Shown piece by piece: positions 50,788-63,195 of a stretch of 64,000 nt of DNA; position 1 is the stretch's first letter, and every line of letters begins with the position of its first letter. Location: contig OZ296649.1 of NCBI GenBank assembly GCA_965655095.1, positions 52,452,001 through 52,516,000 of the forward strand. Direction: 5' to 3'. Source of the DNA: Haplodiscus bocki (Eukaryota). The position numbers and the translations under genes are program-made. Below the pieces are notes generated by a model. That model saw nothing but the letters and a program-made list of their open reading frames with translations. It was not told the DNA's origin and ran no database searches.

Positions 50788-53700
50788 CGAGGGATTAACA
50801 AATCAACAAAAAAACGTGTCTGTAGTGTCAAAAATAACCGCATTGGAAGACAACATTGAAAGGTGGCAACCACCAACATAACGACCCTAGTGAACCTATC
50901 AAAGTCGTCAACCACTAAAACACAATTCCACTATTAAATGTCAAATCAAAAATGTTTCAATCCGGCTGGTCGAAAAAAAGCGTTGCCAGTGTTGCCGTCC
51001 TCAAAAACATAAAGCCTAACGACCCATCCGCGTCACTTTACCACTTCACAACAGATGTGATCAACTTGAAAAAAAAACACAATAGAAGCAGTTGATGGTG
51101 ACAAAAAACATTCCAAATTGAGCAAATTTTTATTCTGCTTACAAAAAAACTCCAGGACGCTCTTTGGACGAAACGGACGGCGACAGTTAATTTAAATGCA
51201 ACATTGTTGGATTTTCACAATCGCGACACCGATTGCTGCAAGAAAGTAAAGGCCTCAAAAAAACTTGCAGCTAATTTGTTCCACTCTTATGAATCGAAAA
51301 CCCAACAACTCCTTCTTCTCCTCGCACAAGTAGTCTTTATTGCTATTAAAGATAACAGCTTTCTGCTAGACATTTTGCGTGAACATCTAAAGGCTTCTGA
51401 ACATGCTAGCAAACCTCCATAGGCCCCGCTATCAAAGCCGATGGTTGAGGATGACTCACCGGCAGCAACAGATAAGCTGTTTGTTCACTGTTATCAAGAC
51501 AGCAGAGAACATTCCCATGGACCAACACCAAGCCTGTTTCGTTTCGACAAGAGACTCAAAATTTCTCACAGAAATGTTGATTTAGGGCGTGACGAACTTA
51601 TTCTTGCAGAGATTTTGAACCTGAGCAGCAGCGAAAGATGAAGTATTCAGAACAACCGCTACTACATTGCTTACATTTGTGGAGATTTTTCGAAACTGTA
51701 CCTCACAGAAGACTTTTCTGGGGTTAAAAGGGAAAAAGAGGTAGTTGAAAATCCAAGAGATGTGTTTCGTTCAAAATTCAGAAAAAAACTGTGTGTACTT
51801 TGCAATATATAAAAATACGCAAGGAGCTGGTTACGAATGTCGGAAGTGCGAGGCTAGTTGTCAAGTGCTCAAACCCTTCAATTACGAAAAACCAGTTCCC
51901 ACGCTATTTGGTGTGGACGGAACACATTTTCTTTCGAAGTGCAGGAGTTTTGACTTTGAAAACGAAAAATGCTACCCTCTAGTGGGGAAATTCCTCCACC
52001 AATCACAACATACCACAGGTTGATCTGAGCTCGAAAAGCCTATAAGCTTTCCATTTTTGACATAATCATGTCAAGCTTCGGCTGGCTAATGTTTTTTTCC
52101 CAAGAATATATAATAACACAGCTAGGCAGCATGCTTTTTTGTTTCTAACGAATTGCTCTAATGAACATTGTAAACTGCACCAAATGCATTCACTTTGCCT
52201 GTAAAGGACTTCATAACAAACTTTGCAATCAAGTTTTAATAAATTTTCTGGCTAGTATGCCCGTTAATGCTGTGTAAAAGACAAGAAATTTTCGGACAAT
52301 GATCTGTCGCTAGTTCCAAAGATGAAGACCAGCAGTGAACTCTGGATTTGAGAGACGTAGTACGATTGTTTTTTCGATCGTAGTTGATGGGCACAAGTGT
52401 CTATGAGTCATCAGATTTGGAGGACAGAGAACTGCACTGGTAAAATCATCAGTGGAAAAAGAATGCTGTTTTCTAACCAAAGCAATATTCCCGTTTTTCG
52501 CCAACAGAGTTGGACGACCTGCTGATTGCCGATGTGTTCAGCAGAGAACCCTGTTGTATTGGACGAGGAGGAAGAGAGGGACAACTCACGTTGTACAACT
52601 CCAATTTTTCAACGACAGTCGTTGGACTTTTGAAAGCATCCGTTGTTGCTGAGAAGTTGCTTTTTCGCAAGTACCAGAGCAAATGGAACAGAATCTGCTT
52701 ATATGAGTTTTTCGATTAATTGGTGCAGTGTTTTTAGTTTTTTGAATTAATTTAGTGGAATTGTTTCGTGTTTTCACAACCTTTTTCAAAATGCGGTCAG
52801 ACTTGAATGAGACAAAAATAGTTCTACTTCTTTTTTCTTTAATGCTACTAGAGAGGCTGGTTTCAGATTATATCTAGCGCATACAAGGAAAAAAACTAGG
52901 AGAAGGCAACGAAATCAAAAAAACTAGACTTTGCTTCTGTACAGGAATTACTATTCAAACGACGACTGTTCGCATCTCTTTGACGAAGATTTTGAAGACT
53001 CAAATTTTCGTTAAAGTTCTTGAGGAATACGTTTTGGAAAAGAAAGTGGTTTACCCAGGTTAGAAGTTGTCTGATAAACTCTTCAAATGGAACCGTTATC
53101 TGTTTAATTTCTCGTTGCATTTTTTCGTACTAAGTGTCAATCGAAACCATCGAGGGATTAACAAATGAACAAAAAATCGTGTCTGTAGTGTCAAAAATAA
53201 CTGCATTCGAAAACAGCATTGAAAGGTAGCAACCACCAACATAATGACCCTGGTGAACCTAGCAAGTCGTCAGCCATTGGATTACAATTCCACCATTAAA
53301 TGTCAAATCAAAAATGTTATATTCCGGCTGGTCAAAAAAAGCGTTGCCAGTGTTGCCGTCCTCAAAAACAAAAAGCCTAACGACCCATCCGCGTCACTTT
53401 TACCACTTCACAACAGATGTGATCAACTTGAAAAAAAATACAGACTAGAAGCAGTTGATGTTGACACAAAACATTCCAAAATGAGCAAACTTCATTCTTC
53501 TTACAAAAAAACTCCAGGACGTTTTTTGGACGAACCGGACGGCGGTAGTTAACTTAAAGGCAACATTGTTGGAGTTTCACAATCGAACACCGATTGCTGC
53601 AAGAAAGTAAAGGCCTCAAAAAAAACTTGCAACTAATTTGTTCCATTCTTAGGAATTGAAAACTGAACAACTCCTTCTTCTGTTCGCACAAGTAGTCTTT

Positions 53701-53802
53701 ATTGTTATTGAAGATAACAGCTTTCTCCTAGACTTTTTGCGTGAACTTCTCAAGGCTTCTGAACATGCTAGCAAACCTCCATAGGCCCCGCTACTGAAGC
53801 CA

Positions 53803-54387
53803 ATGGTTGAGGGTGACTCACCGGCAGCAAAAGATAAGTTGTTTGTTCATTGTTCTCAAGATAGCAGAGAACATTCCCAGGGACCAACACCAAGCCTGTT
53901 TCGTTTCGACAAGAGACTCAAAATTTCCCAAAGAAATGTTGATTTAGGGCGTGACCAACTTGTTGTTGCAGAGATTTTGAACCTGAGCAGCAGCGAAAGA
54001 TGAAGTATTCAGAAGAACCTCTACTACATTGCTTACAATTGTGGAGAAGTTTTGAAACTGTACCTATCAGAAGACTTTTCTGGGGTTAAAAGGGAGAAAG
54101 AGGTAGTTGAAAATCAAGGAGATGTGTTTCGTTTGAAATTCATGAAAAAAAACTGTGTGTACTTTGCAATATATAAAATTACGCAAAGAGCTGGTTACGA
54201 TTGTCGGAAGTGCGAGTCTAGATGTCAAGTGCTCAAACCCTTCAATTACGAAAAACCAGTTCCCACGCTATTTGGTGTGGACGGAACACAATTTTTTGCA
54301 AGAAGCAGGAGTTTTGACTACGAAAACGAAAATTGTTTCTCTCTAATGGGGAAGTTTTTCCAGCAATCACAACATACCACAGGTTGA
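53803..54387 (+). pseudogene. Array ORF-B, unit 2: 194 codons interrupted only by one in-frame TGA (54001-54003)
   Basis: The 66-aa and 111-aa ORFs are in one frame with no other stop between them; CxxC in YDCRKCESRC. Confidence 0.6.
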
Positions 54388-56166
54388 TCTGAGCTTGAAA
54401 AGCCTAAAAAATTTCCATTTTTGACATAATCATGTCAAGCTTCGGCTGACGGATGTTTTTTTTCAAAAATTTATAATAACAGAGCTGGGCAGCATGCTTT
54501 TTTTGTTTCTAGCGAAGGGCTCTATTGAACATTGTAAATTGCACCAAATGCATTCAATTTGCCTGTAAAGGACTTCATAACAAACTTTGCAATCAAGTTT
54601 TAATAAACTTTCTGGCTAGTATGGCTGTTATTGCTGGGTGAAAGACAAGACTTTTTCGGACAATGATCTGTCGTCAGTTTCAAAGATGAAGACCAGCAGT
54701 GGACTCTGGATTCGAGAGTCGTAGTACAATTCTTTTTTCGATCGTAGTTGATGGGCACAAGTGTCTATGAGTCATCAGATTTGGAGGACATAGAATTGCA
54801 CTGGTAAAACCATCAGTGGGAAATGAATGCTGTTTTCTGACCAAGGGCAGATTCCCGTTTTTCGCCAATAGAGTGGGACGACCTGCTGATTGCCGATGTG
54901 TTCAGCAGAGAACCCTGTTGTATTGGACGAGGAGGAAGATAGGGACAACTCACGTTGTACAACTCCAATTTTTCAACGACAGTCGATGGACTTTTGAAAG
55001 CATCCGTTGTTGCTGAGAAGTTGCTCCTTCGCAAGTACCAGAGCAAATGGAACAGAATCTGTTTATATGAGTTTTTCGATTAATTGTTGCAGTGTTTTTA
55101 GTTTTTTTGAATTAATTTAGTGGAAATATTTCGTGTTTCCACAATCTTTTTCAAAAAGCGGTCAGACTTGATTGAGACAAAAAGTTTTACTTCTTTTTTC
55201 TTTAATGGTACTAGAGCGGCTGGTTTCAGATTATATCGAGCGCATACAGGAAAGAAAAACTAGGAGAAGACAACGAAATCAATAAAACTAGACTTTGCTT
55301 CTGTACAGGAACTACTATTTAAACGACCACTGTTCGCCTCTATTTGACGAAGATTTTACGACTCAAATTTTTCGTTAAAATTCTGGAGGAATACGTTTTG
55401 GAAAAGAAATGGGTTTAACAAGGCTAGAAGTTGTCTGATTAAGCTCTTCAAGTGGAACCGTTCTCTGTTTAATTTCTTGTTGCATTTTTTCGTACTAAGT
55501 GTCAACCGAATCCATCGAGGGATTATCAAATGAACAAAAAATCGTGTCTGTAGTGTCAAAAATAACTGCATTGGAAGACAACATTGAACGGTAGCAACCG
55601 GCAACATAACGACTCTGTTGAACCTAACAAAGTCGTAAACCAATATAACACAATTCCACCATTAAATGTCAAATCAAAAACGTTTTAATCCGGCTGGTCG
55701 AAAAAAAGCGTTGCCAGTGTTGCCAACCTCAAAAACTTAAAACCTAACGACCCATCAATGTCACTTTTACCACTTCACAACAGATATGATCAACTTGAAA
55801 AAAAAGACAGACTAGAAGCAGTTGATGTTGACAAAAAACATTCCAAATTGAGCAAACTTTATACTTCTTACAAAAAATCCAGGACGTTTTTTGGACGAAA
55901 CGGACGGCGGTAGTTAACTTAAAGGCAACATTGTTGGAGTTTCACAATCGAACACCGATTGCTGCAAGAAAGTAAAGGCCTCAAAAAAACTTGCAACTAA
56001 TTTGTTCCACTCTTAGGAATTGAAAACTGAACAACTCCTTCTTCTGTTCGCACAAGTAGTCTTTATTGTTATTGAAGATAACAGCTTTCTCCTAGACTTT
56101 TTGCGTGAACTTCTCAAGGCTTCTGAACATGCTAGCAAACCTCCATAGGCCCCGCTACTGAAGCCA

Positions 56167-56751
56167 ATGGTTGAGGGTGACTCACCGGCAGCAAAAGATA
56201 AGTTGTTTGTTCATTGTTCTCAAGATAGCAGAGAACATTCCCATGGACCAACACAAAGCCTGTTTCGTTTCGACAAGAGACTCAAAATTTCCCAAAGAAA
56301 TGTTGATTTAGGGCGTGACCAACTTATTTCTGCAGAGATTTTGAACCTGAGGAGCAGCGAAAGATGAAGTATTCAAAACAACCGCTACTACATTGCTTAC
56401 AATTGTGCAGAATTTTTGAAACTGTACATCTCAGAAGACTTTTCTGGGGTTAAAAGGGAAAAAGAGGTAGCTGAAAAACAAGGAGATGTGTTTCGTTTGA
56501 AAATCAAGAAAAAAAACTGTGTGTACTTTGCAAAATATAAAAATACGCAAAGAGCTGGTTATGATTGTCGGAAGTGCGAGGCTAGTTATCAAGTGCTCAA
56601 ACCCTTCAATTACAAAAAACCAGTTCCCACGCTATTTGGTGTGGACGGAACACATTTTCTGACAAAAAACAGGAGTTTTGACTACGAAAACGAAAAATGT
56701 TTCCCTCTAGTGGGGAAATTCCTCCACCAATCACAACATACCACAGGTTGA
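56167..56751 (+). pseudogene. Array ORF-B, unit 3: same frame, single in-frame TGA (56365-56367)
   Basis: As for unit 2; units 1 and 4 additionally have A-run frameshifts. Confidence 0.6.
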
Positions 56752-57973
56752 TCTGAGCTTGAAAAGCCTAAAAACTTTCCATTTTTGACATAATCATGTC
56801 ACGCTTCGGCTGGCAAATGTGTTTTTTCCAAAAAGTTACAATAACACAGCTAGGCAGCATGCTTTTTTAGTTTCTAACGAAGGACTCTATTGAACTTTGT
56901 AAATTGCACCAAACGCATTCATTTTGCCTGTAAAGGATTTCATAACAAACTTTGCAATCAAGTCTTAAGAAACTTTCTGGCTAGTATGGCTGTTAGTGTT
57001 GTGTGAAAGACAAGAGTTTTTCGGACAATGATCTGTCGCTATTTCCAAAGATGAAGACCAGCAGTGAACTCTGGATTTGAGAAACGTAGTACAATTCTTT
57101 TTTCGATCGTAGTTGATGGGCACAAGTGTCTATGAGTCATCAGTTTTGGAGGACATAGAATTGCACTGATAAAATCATCAATTGGAATTGAATGCTGTTT
57201 TCTGACCAAGGGCAGATTCCCGTTTTTCGCCAACAGAGTGGGACGACCTGCTGATTGCCGATGTGTTCAGCAGAGAACCCTGTTGTATTGGACGAGGAAG
57301 AAGAGAGTGACAACTCACGTTGTACAACTCCAATTTTTCAACGATAGTCGATGGACTTTTGAAAGCATCCGTTGTTGCTGAGAAGTTGCTTTTTCGCAAG
57401 TACCAGAGCAAATGGAGCAGAATCTGTTTATATGAGTTTTTCGATTAATTGTTGCAGTGTTTTTAGTTTTTTTGAATTACTTTAGTGGAAATATTTCGTG
57501 TTTCCACAATCTTTTTCAAAAAGCGGTCAGACTTGATTGAGACAAAAAGTTTTACTTCTTTTTTCTTTAATGGTACTAGAGCGGCTGGTTTCAGATTATA
57601 TCGAGCGCATACAGGAAAGAAAAACTAGGAGAAGACAACGAAATCCATAAAACTAGACTTTGCTTCTGTACAGGAATTACTATCCAAACGACGACTGTTC
57701 GCATCTATTTGACGAAGATTTTGAAGACTCAAATTTTCGTTAAAGTTCTTGAGGAATACGTTTTGGAAAAGAAAGGGGTTTACCCAGGTTAGAAGTTGTC
57801 TGATTAAACTCTTCAAATGGAACCGTTATCTGTTTAATTTCTCGTTGCATTTTTTCGTACTAAGTGTCAATCGAAACCATCGAGGGATTAACAAATGAAC
57901 AAAAAATCGTGTCTGTAGTGTCAAAAATAACTGCATTCGAAAACAGCATTGAAAGGTAGCAACCACCAACATA

Positions 57974-58516
57974 ATGACCCTGGTGAACCTAGCAAGTCGT
58001 CAGCCATTGGATTACAATTCCACCATTAAATGTCAAATCAAAAATGTTATATTCCGGCTGGTCAAAAAAAGCGTTGCCAGTGTTGCCGTCCTCAAAAACA
58101 AAAAGCCTAACGACCCATCCGCGTCACTTTTACCACTTCACAACAGATGTGATCAACTTGAAAAAAAATACAGACTAGAAGCAGTTGATGTTGACAAAAA
58201 ACTTTCCGAATTGAGCAAACTTTATTCTGCTTACAAAAAAACACTCCAGGACGTCTTTTGGACGAAACGGACGGCGACAGTTAAATTAAATGCAACATTG
58301 TTGGACTTTCACAATCGCAACACCGATTGCTGCAAGAAAGTAAAGGCCTCAAAAAAACTTGCAGCTAATTTGTTCCACTCTTATGAATTGAAAACTAAAC
58401 AACTCCTTCTTCTCCTCGCACAAGTAGTCTTTATTGCTATTAAAGATAACAGCTTTCTGCTAGACATTTTGCGTGAAATTCTCAAGGCTTCTGAACATGC
58501 TAGCAAACCTCCATAG
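57974..58516 (+). CDS. Array ORF-A, unit 4: intact 180-aa hypothetical protein
   Basis: Full ATG-to-stop frame only in unit 4 (frameshifted in units 1-3); ends 18 nt before the ORF-B ATG, a compact virus-like spacing. Confidence 0.5.
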   Translation: MTLVNLASRQPLDYNSTIKCQIKNVIFRLVKKSVASVAVLKNKKPNDPSASLLPLHNRCDQLEKKYRLEAVDVDKKLSELSKLYSAYKKTLQDVFWTKRTATVKLNATLLDFHNRNTDCCKKVKASKKLAANLFHSYELKTKQLLLLLAQVVFIAIKDNSFLLDILREILKASEHASKPP

Positions 58517-61500
58517 GCCCCGTTACTGAAGCCAATGGTTGAGGCTGACTCACCGGCAGGAAAAGATAAGCTGTTTGTTCATTGTTATCAAGACAGCAGA
58601 GAACATTCCCATGGACCAACACCAAGCCTGTTTCGTTGCGACAAGAGACTCAAAATTTCCCAAAGAAATGTTGATTTAGGGCGTGACCAACTTATTTCTG
58701 CAGAGATTTTGAACCTGAGGAGCAGCGAAAGATGAAGTATTCAAAACAACCGCTACTACATTGCTTACAATTGTGCAGAATTTTTGAAACTGTACCTCTC
58801 AGAAGACTTTTCTGGGGTTAAAAGGGAAAAAGAGGTAGCTGAAAAACAAGGAGATGTGTTTCGTTTGAAAATCAAGAAAAAAAATGTGTGTACTTTGCAA
58901 AATATAAAAATACGCAAAGAGCTGGGTACGATTGTCGGAAGTGCGAGGCTAGTTATCAAGTGCTCAAACCCTTCAATTACAAAAAACCAGTTCCCACGCT
59001 ATTTGGTGTTGTCGGAACACATTTTTTTGCAAAAAACAGGAGTTTTGACTACGAAAACGAAAAATGTTTCTCTCTAGTGGGAAAGTTCTTCCACCAATCA
59101 CAACATACCAGAGGTTGATCTGAGCTTGAAAATCCTGAAAACATTCCATTTTTGACATAATCATGTCAAGCTTCGGCTGGGGGATGTTTTTTTCAAAAAC
59201 TTTTAATAACAGAGCTGGGCAGCACGCTTTTTTGTTTCTAACGAAGGGCTCTAATGAACAATGTAAACTGCACCAAATGCATTCATTTTGCCTGTAAAGG
59301 ACTTCATAACAAACTTTGCAATCAAGTTTTAATAAATTTTCTGGCTAGTATGGCTGTTTTTGCTGTGTGAAAGACAAGACTTTTTCGGACAATGATCTGT
59401 CGCTAGTTTCAAAGATGAAGACCAGCAGTGGACTCTGGATTTGAGAGTCGTAGTACCTTTCTTTTTTCGATCGTAGTTGATGGGCACAAGTGTCTATGAG
59501 TCATCAGGTTTGGAGGACATAGAATTGCACTGGTAAAATCATCAGTGGGAAATGAATGCTGTTTTCTGACCGAGGGCAGATTCCCGTTTTTCGCCAACAG
59601 AGTTGGACGACCTGCTGATTGCCGATGTGTTCAGCAGAGAACCCTGTTGTATTGGACGAGGAGGAAGAGAGGGACAGCTCACGTTGTACGTCTCGAATTT
59701 TTTAACGACAGTCGGTGGACTTTTGAAAGCATCCGTTGTTGCTGAAAAGTTGCTTTTTCGGAAGTACCAGAGCAAATGGAACAGAATCTGTTTATATGAG
59801 TTTTTCGACTAATTTTTGCAGTGTTTTTAGTTTTTTGAAATAGTTTAGTGGAATTGTTTCGTGTTTCCACAATCTTTTTCAAAATGCGGTCAGACTTGAT
59901 TGAGACAAAAACATTTTTACTTCGTTTTTCTTTAATGCTACTAGAGCGGCTGGTTTCAGATTATATCGAGCGCATACAGGAAAGAAAAACTAGGAGAAGG
60001 CAACGAAATCAAAAAAACTAGACTTTCCTTCTGTACAGGAACGACTACTTAAACGACGACTGTTCGCATCTATTTGACGAAGATTTTGAAGACTCAAACT
60101 TTTCTTTAAAGTTCTGGAGGAACACGTTTTGGAAAGGAAATGGGCTTAACAAGGTTAAAAATTAACAAGAAAAAACACGATTTTGTTTTTTTTTCAGATC
60201 CGACGCAGTGTTGTGTTTTATAATCCAAAATAACAGTGTATTGTCTTCATTTCAAGGTCTGTTATTTTTCAAGAAAAAGTTCGGAGAAAAATTGTTTTAT
60301 TGAAAAGCCCAAGAAAGGCAGTGTTTGAAGTGATTCCGAAGTAGATTGAGCCCAAAGTTGAATTTTTGAAAACAAATCCTTGTTCAAATTCCGATTTTAA
60401 GAGAAACTGTAATTATAAAATCTGATGTGTTGCGACAACTTGATTCAAAATCTGAAGCAAAAAAAAGCAACTCAAAATCTGTTTTTCACATTTTCGTGTT
60501 CTCCGTGAAGGATTGCTTCAGTTGCCAAATTCAAACCCAAAATGCTGTACAGGGCAGGAAGAAAAGACAATGTCTTCCAAATTTTTCCACACAAACTTAA
60601 CGTAAGGTCGCAAAACACAAAGATTTCACCATCCACTAGGAACATTTTCGTCTTTTATAAGAAGCATTCTTCCATAGAAGCTGCACGCAAAACCCTGTGT
60701 AGCACATTTTTTATCAAGTGTTTCTCAATCTACTTTACTCCCAAACGGTAATTTCGATCCCAGAAGAAACTTCTCATCCACTGTCTTAATCGGTTTCATG
60801 GCTCAACAGAAAACACTAGAGCGACTCAAAAGTATTGACAGGCACACAGAATCTGTGATTTTATAAATTTGCGCGTCGGACGATACCTACTGCTGTTTGG
60901 GTACCACAGAGAAATAACAATGGGTTGTCAAAAAAAGTAAACTTGTAAGTGTATGGTTCGTATTTGTTCAAAAAATTTTTGTCCTTCATTGGTTTCTGCC
61001 TTTTCCTGTGTAAATAAGAATCTTCTCGGCCCTAATAAAACTCCATTTTGCACTAACAACAAAAATTGGATTTATATTTTTGGACTGAAACAGATGCTAA
61101 TTCTGAAACTTTTTGAAAACAGTAAACAAAACACCAGTCCAATCAGCAAAACCATCAAGAAAACAATCAGTTTTTTCTGCCAGGCCGAAATCAAAAATAG
61201 TCTATTCAAATTTTTCATTTTCTCTTGAAAAAACAAATCAACTCGTCGCAAAATTTGTTTTATGGAACGAGCTCAATTAGGGTTTTTTGGAAACTTTTTG
61301 CAATGCCAAGCATTCTGTCCAGTCTTCTGTTTTATTGATTGAACAGAAATGCCCTTTGCAGGAAAACACACGCAAGTCCACTGTTTGCGTGGCACTGAAT
61401 TGATGTCTGAATTTTGTGTAGATATAGTCCGTCTGTTAATATGCGAAGCACAATAGACCCACTTTCTGTGGCAACACTTCGGTATCATCAAAGAATGAAT

Positions 61501-62268
61501 TTTGGTACTTGCAATTGGATGAAAACAAATATCGTGATGTTGTGATCCACAGTGCCATACTCTTTAATTACCAGCTAACTTTCGTCGTTTTTTGCCGGAA
61601 CTAAGAGTGGTTTTCTGCGCAAAGTCTGCGAGTGGTTTCCAAAATAACAGCAGCAATCTCAATGCTGAGACGTTTTCTGAACCAATGAAGCCGAAAAACA
61701 GAACAACAAGGAACTCTTGACTAAATCATTAAAAAAGGGAACAAACGCCATAGAAAGATGATGTGAGTTGTTACACTTGAAAAAAAAGCTGCAAATTGCT
61801 ACTGTGGGACAAATCTTTCTAAAGATTCTCGACAACAAATCATCTTTCAGTCACCGCTATTTCAAAACCCTTGGCACCTATCGCACGTAACGCTACTGCT
61901 TTTTTCCAAAATGTTACGTGTACTAACGATGTGGACTTTGATAATCGCCAGCAGAGAATTGAACGATTTTCCTGAATGATGAAGAACTACAATTTGCTGG
62001 TTATAGAACTCAAAAGTTTCAAGAGAGATGGCAATAGGATTTGGACTGGTATAAAATCTCACACTGGGAGAGATTTCAACTAGTTGTTTCAGCATTTATA
62101 TCTACTACATGTAGTGAGGTTTGTGTCTGATGAACTCCTTTTCGGTCAACCCAATTGTAAAGGCTTGTAAAAAGAAATGCAACTACAAACACTGAGCATT
62201 TTCCATTCCATTCGAGTCAAACTGAAAGAGAGCATTTGATTAGTAAGAGTGTGAGCTGATCAGGTGGG

Positions 62269-62345
62269 GGGTGGGGGACCCTCCATGTATTAAGATAGGC
62301 TATAGCAGCCGACTCGTGCCCAGGAGCGAGAAGGGTCCCCCACCC
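62269..62345. repeat. Perfect 14-bp GC-rich stem with a 49-nt loop
   Basis: GGGTGGGGGACCCT (62269-62282) and AGGGTCCCCCACCC (62332-62345); the loop begins CCATGTATTAAGATAGGCTATAGC. Confidence 0.9.
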
Positions 62346-62502
62346 ATGTTTTAAGATGGGGTTTGTTTCGGCAATGTATTAAGATAGGGTATGTTCCGGC
62401 ACTGTGATACTCGATTCCGATTGGCTGACAAGGTTTCTCGTGCTCGATTCTGATTGGCTATCGACAAGAATTTGGTTTTGGGTTAAATTTGGATTTTTTC
62501 TT

Positions 62503-62878
62503 AATGTATTAAGATAGGGTGTGTTCGGCTCAATGTATTAAGATAGGGTATAGTTCGGCTCAATGTATTAAGATAGGGTATAGTTCGGCTCAATGTATTA
62601 ACATAGGGTATAAGTCGGCTCAATGTATTAAGATAGGGTATAGTTCAGCTCAAAGTATTAAGATAGGGTATAGTTCGGTTCAGTGTATAAAGAGAGGGTA
62701 TAGTTCGGCTCAATGTATTAAGATAGGGTATAACTCGGCTCAATGTATTAACATAGGGTATAATTCGGCTCAATGTATTAAGATAGAGTACAGTTCGGCT
62801 CAAAGTATTAAGATAGGGTATAGTTCGTTTCAGTGTATAAAGATACGGTATAGTTCGGCTCAATGTATAAAGGTATAG
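62503..62878 (+). repeat. 30-bp minisatellite, ~12.5 copies (TAGTTCGGCTCAATGTATTAAGATAGGGTA)
   Basis: Direct read; no unique spacers; includes a 5-unit (150 bp) higher-order duplication. Confidence 0.97.
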
Positions 62879-63112
62879 AATAGGGTATTTTCGGCACTGT
62901 GCGACATTTTTCGGATTTTTTTTCAAATTTTTGGGCACCTGCGCCCACCCGGGATAATTATTCCGCCACCGGATAGTTTTAATGCCGCCGCGGGATAATT
63001 TTTCCGCCGCCTGCTTCCCGTACGCATACGGCTCCCTTCCCCTGACGCTCCCTTATAATTTTCCCCCTAGTAGTTTAGTGAGTGCAGAAGTGGGGGGGGG
63101 GAGGAATACGAA

Positions 63113-63195
63113 GTTTCCCACGGGGACTCGAACCTGCGCGGACGGAGTGGAAAAGTAAATCCGGCCGGCGGTCGTAACCGCGGCGCCACGGGAGC
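63113..63195 (-). ncRNA. tRNA-like sequence with Pol III A-box and B-box (not a canonical tRNA)
   Basis: Minus strand GCTCCCG-TGGCGCCGCGG (A-box-like, 63188-63178) ... GGTTCGAGTCC (B-box, 63134-63124) ... TGGGAAAC. Acceptor stem only partly paired, T-stem broken, no clear anticodon arm. Confidence 0.5.

Larger units (their letters stand above)
50701..60158. repeat. Tandem array of four ~2.36 kb units carrying virus-like ORFs
   Basis: Homologous ATGGTTGAGG starts at 51441, 53803, 56167 and 58535 (periods 2362, 2364, 2368); homology begins ~50701 and ends ~60158, i.e. about 4.0 units. Confidence 0.95.

Noticed and set aside
50701-60158. Alternative genetic code (TGA=Trp) or organellar insert as the cause of the in-frame TGA
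   Set aside because: Neighbouring ORFs use TGG for Trp and end at TGA (ORF-B, pPolB); no organellar genes are present.
62503-62878. 30-bp repeats as a CRISPR array
   Set aside because: Units are directly adjacent with no unique spacers, no cas genes, eukaryotic context.
63113-63195. Functional tRNA gene
   Set aside because: T-stem and outer acceptor stem do not pair and there is no clear anticodon arm; kept only as tRNA-like.
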